Both the position numbers and the translations under genes were made by a program. From the NCBI RefSeq assembly GCF_000143415.4, contig NW_003314287.1, forward strand, positions 456,203 through 520,202: 64,000 nucleotides of DNA, in the 5' to 3' direction. Numbering within the stretch: position 1 is the stretch's first letter; the number at the start of each line of letters is the position of its first letter. Of the stretch, positions 49,901 to 62,210 are shown one piece after another. Under the pieces are notes generated by a model. That model was not told where the DNA came from. It searched no databases and worked only from the letters and a program-made list of their open reading frames with translations. The DNA comes from Selaginella moellendorffii. Taxonomy: Eukaryota; Plantae; Lycopodiophyta.

Positions 49901-51172
49901 CTTAGGCACACCGCTAAGTGGGGGGATGCCCCCGGAGACATGGTCAACAAGTTGTAGGTTAGAAAAAGAGACGTTTGATGTGGGCATCGAACTTCTTCTA
50001 TGGGTGGTGGAGTTGTAAGGAACCGACTCCCCAAGATGTTGTAGGCTAAAGGATCCCCAAAAGCATGACCGAAATGATAAAGAGTTCATCGGATGTGACC
50101 AAGTCGAAGATTGAGTCCAAGACCGACTCTGAGACCGAGTTCGAGATAGAGTCCGGGATCGAGTCCGAGACCGAATCGGAGACCGAGTTCAAGACCGAGT
50201 TCGAGACCGAGTTCGAGACAGAGTCCGAGATCCAAATCGGGTCTGAGACCAAGTCCGAGGTCGAGTCCGAAGTCGAGTCCGAGATCGGGTCCGAGATCGA
50301 GTCCGAAATCGAGTTCGAGACCGAGTTCGAAGTCGGGTCCGAGATCGAGTCCGAGATCGATTCTGAGACTAAGTCAAAATACTAATACAGCTCAAGGGGT
50401 GAAAGCCGAAAGCGTGTTTCTCCTAGGGGGGGGGGGGCTGCAGGGGGTTCCAAAAGTATAATAGGGATAGTGAGGTCCAGGAACCAGTCTTGAAGGAACT
50501 CTCCAGTGGGTCTTCCAAACCGACTTGAGGTTGAGACTGGGGCCGAGGGGCCTTGGGTGGGAGTGAGCATGGGCTTGAGTGGTGCTGGAGGGGCCACCCA
50601 GGGATGTGCTCAAGAGCAGATTCCACTCTCGAAAGGGAAACCGACTACGGTGCTCCCGGCTCATGTGAAGTGGTGCCTCAATTGAGTACCTTGTGGCTCA
50701 TTGGTCCTCGCCCTTCCTAGGGGCTTGGGCCTTCCCTTCGGGATGGAAGTGGGGGGGTAGAGGTACCCATACCGGGCTGTGAGGCCACGGTGTTTCGCCC
50801 CGACGTCCCGAAGCAAGTTCTGCACCCAAGGCTTGGGATTTAGAGGGTCCCATGATCAAGTCTTGTGGTACCAAGGGGTATTAGGAATCTGGAGGTTTGG
50901 TGTGCCTGGCTGCTTATGTCTGCGGGGAGTGTAGCCGAACCTTAAGTCCAGTCTAACCCGGGGAGGGGGATTGGGAGAGATTTGGGAATCCGTAGATGGA
51001 TGGCTAACACTCCGTTGCTTGTGCTGTGAGTAATTGAAACCAAGTAGGACCAAGTAGGAGTTGGTACCATAGGCGAGAACCTTAGCGAGGGAACTTAGCA
51101 CAAGTCAAGCCAGAGTTGGTCGGATAGACGAGGTAAGCTGGCAAATTGGAAAAGAAAAATTTGTGGCTTATA
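43962..51172 (+). mobile_element. Element E: plant chromovirus (Ty3/gypsy) nested in D; LTRs 43962-44794 and 50014-51172; TSD AATCA
   Basis: PBS TGGTATCAGAGCC at 44798, PPT GGGTGGTGGAG at 50002, and AATCA at 43957-43961 and 51173-51177. Confidence 0.95.
44854..49608 (+). pseudogene. Gag-pol-chromodomain of element E (premature stops, two small deletions, two intron-like inserts)
   Basis: CYNCGEAGHFLREC zinc knuckle, IDTGAS protease, RT (YINDIL), RNase H ETDAS, integrase GHGG...CPTC / MDF / SDRD, and chromodomain YEVEAIL...FHVKWKGF....T.EPEENL. Confidence 0.93.
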
Positions 51173-54100
51173 AATCACTTTTCTTCTTTATCAAGCTCCT
51201 CACCACCTTTCATCAAAGCCACCACCAATTCCCCCAACTTCTGTGTCCCATGTCTCCTTTCTTTCACCGGACAATCAGGACTCAAGGCTTTGGTGCTACT
51301 GGACTCGGGTGCAACTTCCTGCTTCATGGACATGGACTTTGCTACCCAACATCACGTTCCTCTTTCTCCTACCATACGGGATCTGAGGGTTGAAGGCATC
51401 GGCGGGCATTTTGTGTCTCCATCTTTTGGACTTAGGGAAATGTTACCCGTTCGAGTACACATCGGGTCCACCGTCACCGATATCACCTTTAACATCATCA
51501 ACAGCAAGTCCTCCTCTGTGGTGCTCGGTCTTCCTTGGTTCCAACTTCATCAGCCTCAGATTTGTTGGAAGGAATTACAGCTCATCTCTCCCACATCACC
51601 ATCTCCCATGGCTTCCCCTGCTATTCATCGAGTCTGAATCAGGAAAAGTTCCCTAAACTTAAATCGGGGTTCTGTTCCTAACTCTACGAAGTTTTCACCC
51701 TCTTCTTTTTCCTCTCTTCCATCTTACACTGGACAGTATCCTCGTCTCATCATTCCATTTAGTCGTACACCTCCTCCTATCTCCACAATCACTATGAAAG
51801 AACTCCTTCATGAAGAACCTATTTTCCTTTTTGCTTTGCATGTTTTTCTTGTCAGTCTTCCTGAGAAGTATCATGATTTTGGGGATGTGTTTGACAAGAA
51901 AAAAGCTAGTGTACTACCTGTTCATCAGCCTTATGACTGTCCCATTGATTTACAGGAAGGAGCGTCACCTCCGTGGGGGCCTATCTACGGGTTATCCCTG
52001 TCCGAGCTTAAGGCCCTCAAAGAGTACGTGGATGAGAACCTTGCCTTGGGGTACATTCAGCATTCGCAATCCCCGGCTGGAGCGCCTGTCTTCTTTGTCA
52101 AGAAGAAGGATGGGAGTTTGCGGCTAGTCATCGATTACCGAGGTTTGAACAAGATGACTGTTTGGAACCATTATCTGCTGCCCCTGATCTCGGACCCGTT
52201 GGAACACCTCGGCAGTGCCCGCTTCTTCACCAAGATTGACGTCCGTGGTGCATACAACCTGATCCGGATCCGGCCGGGTGATGAATGGAAGACTGCATTC
52301 CGGACCCGCTATGGCCACTTCGAGTACACTATCATGCCATTTGGCTTGACAAATGCTCCAGCAGTTTTCCAACACATGGCGAACGACGTCTTTCGGGAGT
52401 TTCTTGATCAGATGATGATCGTCTACCTCAATGACATCCTCATCTACTCAAAAACTTAGGAGGAGCACGACGAACATGTACGCAAGGTGCTGGTGAAGCT
52501 GCGAGAACACGGCTATACGCGAAGCTTGAGAAATATTACTTCGATCAGCATTCTGTGGAGTTCCTTGGGTACATTGTTGCTCCTGAGGGTATCACGATGG
52601 ATCCTGCCAAAGTCAAGACTATTCTCGAGTGGGAGCCTCCACAATCAATGTCAGACGTTCAGGTTTTCCTTGGCTTTGCCAACTTCTACCGCAAATTCAT
52701 TGATCACTACTCTGACATTGTCCTTCCTCTCACGCATCTCACTCGCAAGGATGTTCCCTTCTCTTGGTCTGCTGCTGCCCAGCACGCCTTCGACACACTC
52801 AAGGCAGCCTTCAGTTCTGCTCCCGTTTTGATCCATACTGATTCCTCACAACCTTTCTTCATCAAGGCTGACGCCTCCGACTTTGCCATCGATGCTGTGC
52901 TGTCTCAACTCGGAGCGGATCAAGAACTTCATCCGGTCGCTTTCCATTCTCGGAAATTCCAGCCTGCGGAGATCAATTACGAAATCCACGACAAGGAGCT
53001 CCTTGCCATCGTGGATTCCTTTGGAGAGTGGCGCCGTTTCTTGGAGGGGGCGGGCCATCAAACAACAGTCTGGACGGATCACAAAAATCTCGAGTACTTT
53101 GCCACTTCCCGAGTTTTAAGCCGTCGTCAAGCAAGGTGGGCACAATTCCTGAGTCGGTTTGACTTTGTTATCAAGTACAGACCTGGAAAGCTTCAAGGCC
53201 TTCTTGATGCTCTTTCTAGGCGCTCCTATCTCAGTCTCAGGCCTGGTAATCCTGCCTTTGATCAACAGGATCAAGTTATTCTCGGTCCTGATCGGCTTCA
53301 AGTTATGGCAATTTCCCTAGCCCCGCTGGACTCCTCCTTGATGGATGCAATCAGAAATGATCTTCAATCCGATGATCTCGCCAGCGACATTTTCCCCCAT
53401 CTTCAGGCTGGACACCCAGTGACTCCCGACTGCCGGCGATTTGACGAGTTTGAGTTCTTAGATGGCTTATTATACCGTGGGGAGCAACTTTACGTTCCTG
53501 AAGGTGATGCTCAAAGGTTGGTCCTGATGGCGTGCCACGATAGCCCGACTGCTGGTCACTTCGGCATTGCAAAAACCTATGAGCTAGTTGCACGGGACTT
53601 TTGGTGGCCTCACATGGACAACTACATCAAAGCTTTTGTTACCTCCTGTGACACTTGCGCCCGGAATAAGGTACCCTGCCACCTTCCTTCAGGTTTGCTT
53701 CATTCCCTTCCGGTCCCTTCAGGTCCTTGGGAATCCATCTCCATGGATTTCTTGAGTGATCTTCCGAGTTCTGGAGGCTTCAACAGCATTTTAGTCGTGG
53801 TGGATCGCTTCACAAAGATGGCGCACTTCTTGCCATGTACCAAGGAGTTTTCGGGCAAGGACATGGCAAAATTGGTATTCAGGGAAATTTTCCAACTTCA
53901 TGGGATTCCTACAGATGTGGTTTCGGATCGGGGGCCTCAGTTCATCTCTCATTTCTGGCAACGGTTTTTGCAGCTGCTTGGAGTGAAGGCCAACCTCTCT
54001 TCGACGTATCATCCTCAAACTGATAGGCAGTTCGAGCGAACGATTCAGACGTTGGAACAATTCTTGAGGTGCTTCATCAACTATCATCAGGATAACTGGT

Positions 54101-57100
54101 TCGATATCCTTCCCCTTGCTAAGTTCTCTTATAACAACTCTGTTCACTCCTCTCTTTAAATTTCCCCCTTCTTTGCAAACTCTGGCCGAAATCCTCAATT
54201 CAATCTCTCACTTCCTTCTCCATCCAAATCCTCTCATTCAAATCCCCACTCTGAGGCATTTGTCTCCAACCTCCAAGAAATCCACAACTCCATCTCCTTC
54301 CACCTCCATCGTGCTCAGGAATCTCACAAAACATTTGCCAATGTCCATCTCGTCAGGATTGTCCCCCTTACAATATCGAGGATAAAGTCTGGCTACACCA
54401 CCAGGCCCTGTCCAAAACTTGATTTCAAACGCCTCGGTCCTTTCTCTATCACTGGCATCATATATCCTATCACTTATCGCCTTGCACTTCCCTCTTCATA
54501 TCAGATTCACCCCGTTTTTCATTCCTCTCTCCTNNNNNNNNNNNNNNNNNNNNNNNNNNNNNNNNNNNNNNNNNNNNNNNNNNNNNNNNNNNNNNNNNNN
54601 NNNNNNNNNNNNNNNNNNNNNNNNNNNNNNNNNCCTCATTCTTGAGGAGGGGGTGCTGTCAGGAATCCCCCAATTCTTGCCACATTCCTGACTCTCACCG
54701 GATTCCTGACCTGCAGACCACATTCCTGATTCTCGAGACACTTCCCTATTCCTGACTTTCGAGACACTTCCCTATTCCTGACTCTCAAGATACTTCCCTA
54801 TTCCTAACTCTCAAGACACTTCCCTATTCCTGACTCTCTGATTTCCTGTACGATTCTTGAGTCTCGAGACACATTCCTGATATTGATGTGGCGCCTCCTC
54901 AACCTCAGCTATATTTAGGCCGTCCTCGATCCAAGAGTGGTGGAGCTTCATCAACCTATAGTATATATAGGTTAGCCTTGTTCCATTTCTCCACAATCTG
55001 AATCAACACCAGTCTAAGGCCTCTTCTTTGTTTCCACTAGTTTTTCTCTTTGTCTTTTGCATTTTCCAGTCTTGATCTTGTTGGGGGTCTTGACAGCAAC
55101 TAGCAATCCTCCTCAACTTGCCTTCACAAGACCCAAACACCAACTCTTGTCATCAAGTTATATACTTGTCCAACATGAACGTGATACCCCAGGTTGAGAT
55201 AAAAGTTCATAGACAAGCACGAACTAAATGACCACTCAAATCCAACTCAACCGCAATAAGCTCATTAATACATTTAACCAATAGCTCTGAGCATGCCTTA
55301 AAGAGGCTAGCTATGTATGATCAACACTCAGTCGAAACTAAAGTGAAGACTATGAGATAGACTCATGTCGGTACACAACCTCCACTTAGACAAAGCTATA
55401 GTATGGGTACCAACATCTCAAACTCAAATAACTAAGTTGGACATCACCATCCTTAGCCAAGGCACAGGGCCACCAAGACTAAATCAGGATCAGTGAGAGC
55501 TCACTACTCTCATAGAGTCTAACAAAATGCAAGATGCAACCTGCCACCAGGCACAATGTTATAAAAGAAAGGCACAGGGGTCACCCTTCTTAGAAAGGTG
55601 CAATAACCACTTTTCTACACCAACTCCAAACTCTATCCAACTCAATTACTTTAGCCCCAAAAGTTAGCATTTCTTTTGGGCTGGATCATAAAAATTACTT
55701 ACTAAGGTCTAAGCTAACCGAAGCCAATTCCAACCTCTTCACTAGTTTGTAATGGCTTACAAAAATAGAATGGTTTTCGAGCAAAGTGATCAATAGATTA
55801 GCCATTGAAAAAGTCTAAGAAAATTTGTGGAAAATTTGTGGAAAATTATCCATCCTAGAAAAAGAATGACTCTCAATCTAGGAATATAAACTTTCAAGAC
55901 TCAACCAAGTTTTTCCTACCTACACTTCACATAGGTTCACTTCAACACCAATTCTCATGACACAACAATATGCTAAAGCATCGAACATCTTTGCCCATAC
56001 TTCCGACATCCAACATCGACATTCGCAAAGTGCAAAGTGAACATCTAAGGCTTGATCACGAAGACCACATCTCCAGATATCCACATTGCACTAACACTCT
56101 TCTTCAACCATCTTCAAGATCCAATGTGAAGCCAAAACACTAACAAGAAAAATGACATGGAAAATCAAAAAATTCCTCATCACTCAAATCAACAATGCCA
56201 CTTCCACTAACACAAGTGCTAGCAATGTCAATGCCTCAACTACACACCTTCTCCATCCAATAATTTACTCTAAGTGCTAACGGATCAACCGATGAGATAT
56301 AGCAAATGAATGTTACAACCCTCTTTCCAACACCTTATGGGCAAACCCCCAAGGAAACAAGGTACCAACTTAAGCTTAGCATAATGAACCACCATCGAGA
56401 ATCCAGTCAAAGCTACTACAATGCTACTTCATGCAAATAGACTAGCTTCACTATCAACCACTTTGGGGTTGATCATTGTTTAACCAAGCAACTTCGTAAA
56501 CACATTGCTCATTATCACATGGATATGATATAAAATCACAATGACTTGATCATCAATTAAGCAACACCACGAGCAATGCCCATATCATTATTACAAAGGT
56601 TTATGTGAGTATCGAGTGCCAACTCGATTCGACAAAATGCAACATAAATGCCACACCCCACCGATAGAGATTTACAACATTTAACACCACTAACTTTTGT
56701 TCACAATATGGACAAGCTCATGCCACTCTCTATTTGACCAAACTCAAAACTAATCCAACACCAAGCTACTCAAGAAGCAATAGCAAGGTTCCCCGGAAAA
56801 GAATTGAGCATTGCAACTCAAGTCTTCCAATAGCGAACCTAGATAAAATGGTTTAGTGTTTCACCACTATCGATCCCATAACTCACCACTTGTAAGACCA
56901 TCACTTCCAACATGCATCAAGGTAGGGACTCTTGATTGCATATTGTGAACACGAGCAACAAGTCACACTTTGTTGCAAATCATCCCTCCAAAAAGAGAAA
57001 AGGATTTATGTGTTTGATCCTTTGTCCCTGAGGACCCTCTTTTCAGTCTCATCTTTGACTAAACCTCAAACTTGCGTTCGTGCTACCTTCAGTCCAATCC

Positions 57101-60100
57101 AAGAAAAGTTTATGAGAGAGCACAGCAATGAATACTTGAACCAATAGACTAATCCCTATAGTCTTGATTGATTCACTCATAATCATGCCTAGAAAGGATC
57201 CACTAGTGCCGTGCTAAACAGCTACGGACCAGCCTATTTGCCACTCATAGCAAACCTAGGGAAGGTTTACTTTCACCTGTGGAACATGGAACAACTCATG
57301 GAACCACTGATAGGCTAATATTAATCTTGCCAACTCAAAGTGTAACCTCAAGTTGCTAATGTGCCCCACTCATGAGCCCAAGCGCAAACTCGTGCAAACG
57401 GAACATCTCAAATCCATCCTATGAGCCCAAGAGCAAGCTCACATTATTACAATACAAAAATGTAACCAAATCCATACCCAAGGAACGATTGCGAAGTCTT
57501 AGCACCCAAACGTGTACCCACTCGGATCATCATTTTCATCTCTGCGTATGCAACGAGACTAGTTGCCTGATCTCATTGTATAGTACTCGCTGAGACGTAT
57601 CCTCTGATACTAAATGTTGCGCACGTGGTTTTGACCCTTTATCCTATGGTGATTTACCATAGGATAACACCACGAAGCGGAACCTAAACCTCTTTATGCC
57701 ATGTGACATGCCACATGTCATATGCCATGTGTCCAAAGGATAGTGGTGCACAACCCAAGGTTTAGGGCCTTGGGCCACTAAACGAAGGAACGATGCCAAA
57801 CTCCCAAGCATGAAGCCAAGGAGTGGAGGAACCGAACCACAGAGCAACTCCCGAGCATACAACCCAAGGAGTGAAGGGATAGGAGCCCGGAGCGACTTGG
57901 AACAGTCCTGGAGCAACCAGCATCCCAATGCCAGGACCAACACGCAAAACGGAGCCAAATGGAGTCTGGCGCTATTTCGGCATACCGGTGGCCTAACATG
58001 AGGATATGGGTACTCCACCAGCTAGCATAGAATGGAACTTGGGCTTAGACCTAAGCCGGACGCAGAACAAGGACAGGCACGCAAACAAGAGCTAGACTAT
58101 GCCTCAAGTTGGTCGGCCATGACTATCCCTACTATACATTTGGAACCCCCCACAGCCCCCCCCCCCCCCNNNNNNNNNNNNNNNNNNNNNNNNNNNNNNN
58201 NNNNNNNNNNNNNNNNNNNNNNNNNNNNNNNNNNNNNNNNNNNNNNNNNNNNNNNNNNNNNNNNNNNNNNNNNNNNNNNNNNNNNNNNNNNNNNNNNNNN
58301 NNNNNNNNNNNNNNNNNNNNNNNNNNNNNNNNNNNNNNNTGATAGCGAGGGTGTTTGGCAGACACGGTAAGCTATCATCCAGCGATATTGAGGGACCAAT
58401 CTCAATATGCGAGGGTCTTGTCACTAGCCAGTGCAAGATATAACGAGACGGGAACTCCTTACCGGGCTAAGTATGCTTAGCTAATAACACATAGGAATTC
58501 CGTCCTTATGCTCGTCCGGTCTAAGTACACTCGAAATGCCCAGTTAACTCCACTAGCACAAGAGGGACTGATAAAGGGTCCAGCAATATCGACCTCCTGC
58601 CATCGTGGCAGTAAGGTAAGAGTGTCCGTAAGGACTAGTCGACGGGTAACTTTCGATACCCGAAGTCACATCTGCGACAGCAAGGTGTTAGAGATACCTA
58701 GGAATTTGACTTTGAGAAGTCAAAATTAAAAGTTCCAAAGTGTGATGGTTATGCTAGTAGAGGCCGAGGCTACTCCTGAATGAGTAGTCAAATTGAAACA
58801 AAAAAGGTGTCTTTAATGAGTTTAGTATGAACTAAGCAAACAAAAGGGGAAAGACTACCATAAGTGGTTTAATGAGTCTCTAAGTTGGAGAGACTATGCT
58901 CCTTAGGGGACAAATAAAGCATGGTGAGCCTTTGGTGTCAAACTATTGATAAATATTAGCTAGATATCAAGGATGCAAAGTGGTAAGCCATGATGGGGTT
59001 ACTTTATAAAATTGTTTATTGTTCGATGAGGACGTTTATGAGTGGTGGAGTTGTGAGACACAAATCTTTAAGCCCCAAAGTGGAGCTGAAAGGGTGCCAC
59101 GTAGTAGTGGTCGAAGTAAAAGCCAAATGAGTGTAACACATTTGGACTAAGAGCTCCAACTTGAAAAGTCGAGAGCAGGAGTGGAACTCTCAACGAAGGG
59201 CTCAAGGAACAAGCTCAAAGTGAGTAATAAGTGAGTCTTTAGAAAAGGGATACAAGAGGACCCAAGATAGAGTCCAAGATGGAGTTCGAGATGGAGATGG
59301 AGTCCGAGATGGAGTCTGAGATGGACCTAAGATAGAGTCTGAGATAGACCCGAGATAGAGTCTGAGATGGAGTTCGAGTTGGAGTCTGAGATGGAGTTTA
59401 AGATGGACCCAAGATAGAGTCCAAGATGGAATCCGAGATGGAGTTCAAGATGGAGTCTAAGATAGACTCGAGATGGAGTTCAAGATGGACTCGAGATGGA
59501 GTCTAAGATGGAGTTTGAAATCGAGACCGAGACCAAGTCTAAGTCCAAGAAACAAGTGGAGAGTGTGGGGGGTGGACCCCAGTGGAGCCAGTTTAGCCAA
59601 GAAAGGCCAGTGTGACCCAGGAAGGCTATGCCCATATGTTGGGTGATGATATATTCATTGAGTCCAAAGCTAGAATGAATACGGGTAGACAAGCGGGGTA
59701 GCTTAGTGAAGTATTCAAGAGCCGGCTCTAACTCCTTCGGGAGATTGAATGGTCAATGCTCCCAATCCAAGCGTGAGTAGCACTACCTACTTGGATACCT
59801 AGTATGGCTTAAACAGAACCCCACTTTAGCCCTATGGCTATAGCACCCAAAGGTAGAAGGTGGGGAGAGTACTTATGAGGCTCATGTGGGGCCATAGTGT
59901 TCAAAAATGTTGTCTTGAAATCCCAGACTATGGAAAGGAAGAAGAGCAATCCTCTAGTATAGTGACCAAGGATACAGTCACATGGTGAGAAAGTCCCAGA
60001 GGACAATGGGACTTAGTGGTCAGGCTTGTGAGCCTTGACCTAGTGGCAGTGTTGGCAAGCATGGCCATGGACAGAAAAGGACTTGGTGAGGACCGAAAAA

Positions 60101-61589
60101 GGGATATTGGGGAAGATTGTCCTTGATGTCTGTGGGTATTCTAAGGATGTTAAAGAGTGGATCTAGGATGATCACTCATGGATAAATGGCCTAGTCTTTG
60201 AGAGATGGGACTGTGATGTAGATGGTGTTGGATCAGTAGTGTGACAAAGGTGAATAGGCATGGCCTTAGCGTAACGAGTTGATATGTTGGTGGTACCTTG
60301 GACTCGGACTCAGACTCAGATTCGCACTCAAACTCGGACTCAGATTTGGACTCAGACTCGAACTCGGTCTTGATCTTGGTCTCAGTCTTGGTCTTGGTCT
60401 CAGTCTCAGTCTCAAACTCCATCTCGAACTCTATCTTGGCCTCCATCTCGGCCTCCATCCCAGGTCCATCTCAGACTCCATCTTAGACTTCGACTTGGGT
60501 CCATCTCAGATTGTATCTTGGACTCCATCTCAGATTGTATCTTGGACTCCATTTCGGACTCCATCTCAACACTTCCATGTATCATGTATTGGTCCTCTTG
60601 TGTCCCTTTTTTAGAGATTCATTTACTAGCTTCATGCTCATTCCTCAAGCACTTTGTTCAGAGTTCTACTCCTACTCTCGACTGTCCAAGTCAGAGCTTT
60701 TAGTCTAAATATGTTACATTCATTTGGCTTCCACTTTGGCCACTACCACGTGGCCCCCTTTTGGCCACTTTAGGGCTTGGGGATTTTTGTCTCACATAGA
60801 GGTATAAGGGGAATGGTTTTGTATATACATACTTTGATATATATGTATACCTCAACTTTGAGGATAGATTTCGGTTGAAAATTTTTCCCATCTTAAATCC
60901 TACAAAAATAAGCTATATGGCTTACAGCCATATGGGTTGTTTGCAACCTAATGGTAGTGTTATCTTATAGTCAAATATAGAACATTTTCAGCCTATATCT
61001 ATTCACTCGGGTGTTGTGTTGTTCTCAATGCTAGCAAGTATGATCCATTATCATTGGGCTCAATAATTTGATATAAACCATCCTATAGAAGAAACTTTTT
61101 TGTGAATGTGTTATCAATCCTACTATGTAGCTTGTGAAAGATTTGGTTGTAATTGCTAATGAGGTAAGTGAATTTTAATGGAGCATTAAAGTTGAAGAAG
61201 TTGGCATTAAAGTCATTAAAAATTGATCCAAAAAGCAATAAAACATACATTAAAAGAGTTGCTGTAAATATTCACACGTGTAACCAAACTAAGTATGCTG
61301 CTTTAATTTGAATATTGAAGGAAGTAAAAGCATTGGGAGATAAGGACATGGTTGCTTTAAGATATTCCAAATTGATTACGAATAAGTGAATGGAAGTTAA
61401 AAGATCAAGAATCAAGGTTTAGTGCTTCTATCAAAATGTGTCCAGGAATTAAAGCAAGAGTTTCATTCCTTCAAGATCAAAGAAGGAACAACTTTGAAGT
61501 AGATTTGCTATGTTAAGTTGGTAGTGGGAAGTCATAGTAACTTAGAGTTTATCATAAAAAGTTGATAAAAATTTTAGAGTAGAGAAGAT

Positions 61590-61830
61590 GGTGGAGATCC
61601 TAGTTTTCTACAGATCTTAAAGTGAGGATGCTAATAGATATCTTAGATATTTTAAGATAGCATGACCTTTTAAATGGAGATCGAACACCAACGATATGGC
61701 TAGAGTTATTTCCAGTATTTATAGAGGATGCAACAATGAAGTGGTATAACTGGCAAACCAAGGATGTGCAAGTAAATTGGGATGCAATATACAAACTTTC
61801 TTGATGGAGTGATGAGAAGGAAGCTTCTCA
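61590..61830 (+). pseudogene. Decayed gag-like fragment
   Basis: EDANRYL..F......NGD.....WLELFPVF.ED....WYN.......NWD resembles a retrotransposon capsid start. Confidence 0.4.
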
Positions 61831-61882
61831 ACAGTGGGGAGAACACTTTTCATACTCTAAAATCTTGCTTAAATATATCTTT

Positions 61883-62210
61883 TGTGTGAACTCCCTCAAA
61901 CCTTAGGGAGAAGGGGGTATATACCCTCTCTCCTGGAATATCTCTCACACCCTTAGAATATTCTAATAGTGGAATATTTCAAGGAATCTCACTCAAAGGC
62001 TATATATATCCCCTAATAAGCAACCATGAGGGATTGCACTAGACTTTGTCATGTGTGAGAACCTATGATCAAATCGCTACTGAAGGCTCCAATGTAATGC
62101 TTAGTATCGATAACTACTATGAGAAAGAGAACCAAAGAGAAAACAAAAAAAAAAGGAAGGAAAAGTTTTAGAGTTCTAAGATCAATGGAAAACTATGTGG
62201 GGAAATCTTG
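61883..62210 (+). mobile_element. LTR-like repeat end, homologous to inverted 27900-28235
   Basis: Begins TGTGTGAACTCCC and aligns by eye with the reverse complement of 27900-28235. Confidence 0.45.

Larger units (their letters stand above)
42419..55095 (+). mobile_element. Element D: Tcn1/Tf1-sushi-like Ty3/gypsy retrotransposon nested in C; 439-bp LTRs 42419-42857 and 54657-55095; TSD GCAAC
   Basis: Near-identical TG..CA LTRs and PPT GAGGAGGGGGTG. Gag at 42956-43927 (YAAEFQ, VPMDI, CLYC....H....C); protease LDSGA, RT, RNase H, integrase and GPF motif at 51178-54530. Disrupted by stops, frameshifts and element E. Confidence 0.95.
41410..58679 (-). mobile_element. Element C: decayed LTR retrotransposon nested in B; 5' LTR 57615-58679, partial 3' LTR 41410 to about 41890; TSD GCAAG
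   Basis: TGT.GCGCACGTGGTTTTGACCC at 41410 and 57615, a minus-strand PBS TAGTATCAGAGG next to 57615, and GCAAG at 41405-41409 and 58680-58684. Confidence 0.85.
35810..60300 (+). mobile_element. Element B: decayed LTR retrotransposon, 5' LTR about 35810-37805 (contains a gap), 3' LTR 59053-60300 (truncated)
   Basis: Both LTRs start TGTGAGACA.AAATC.TTAAGCCCCAAAGTGGAG. PBS TGGTATCGGAG at 37808 and PPT GAGTGGTGGAG before 59053. The interior has no intact ORF. Confidence 0.75.
34986..60796 (-). mobile_element. Element A: LTR (probably solo) split by element B; pieces at about 34986-35809 and 60296-60796
   Basis: The left piece is the reverse complement of the B-family LTR 3' half (matches 59600-60300 and 37673-37805). 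The right piece is the reverse complement of the LTR 5' end (TGTGAGACA at 60796) with the 12-mer GAGATGGAGTCC repeats. No TSD found. Confidence 0.65.

Noticed and set aside
50065-50385. E/S/T-rich ORFs in the LTRs (also 44013, 60150, 35972)
   Set aside because: They are translations of hexamer and 12-mer LTR repeats, with no evidence of a protein.
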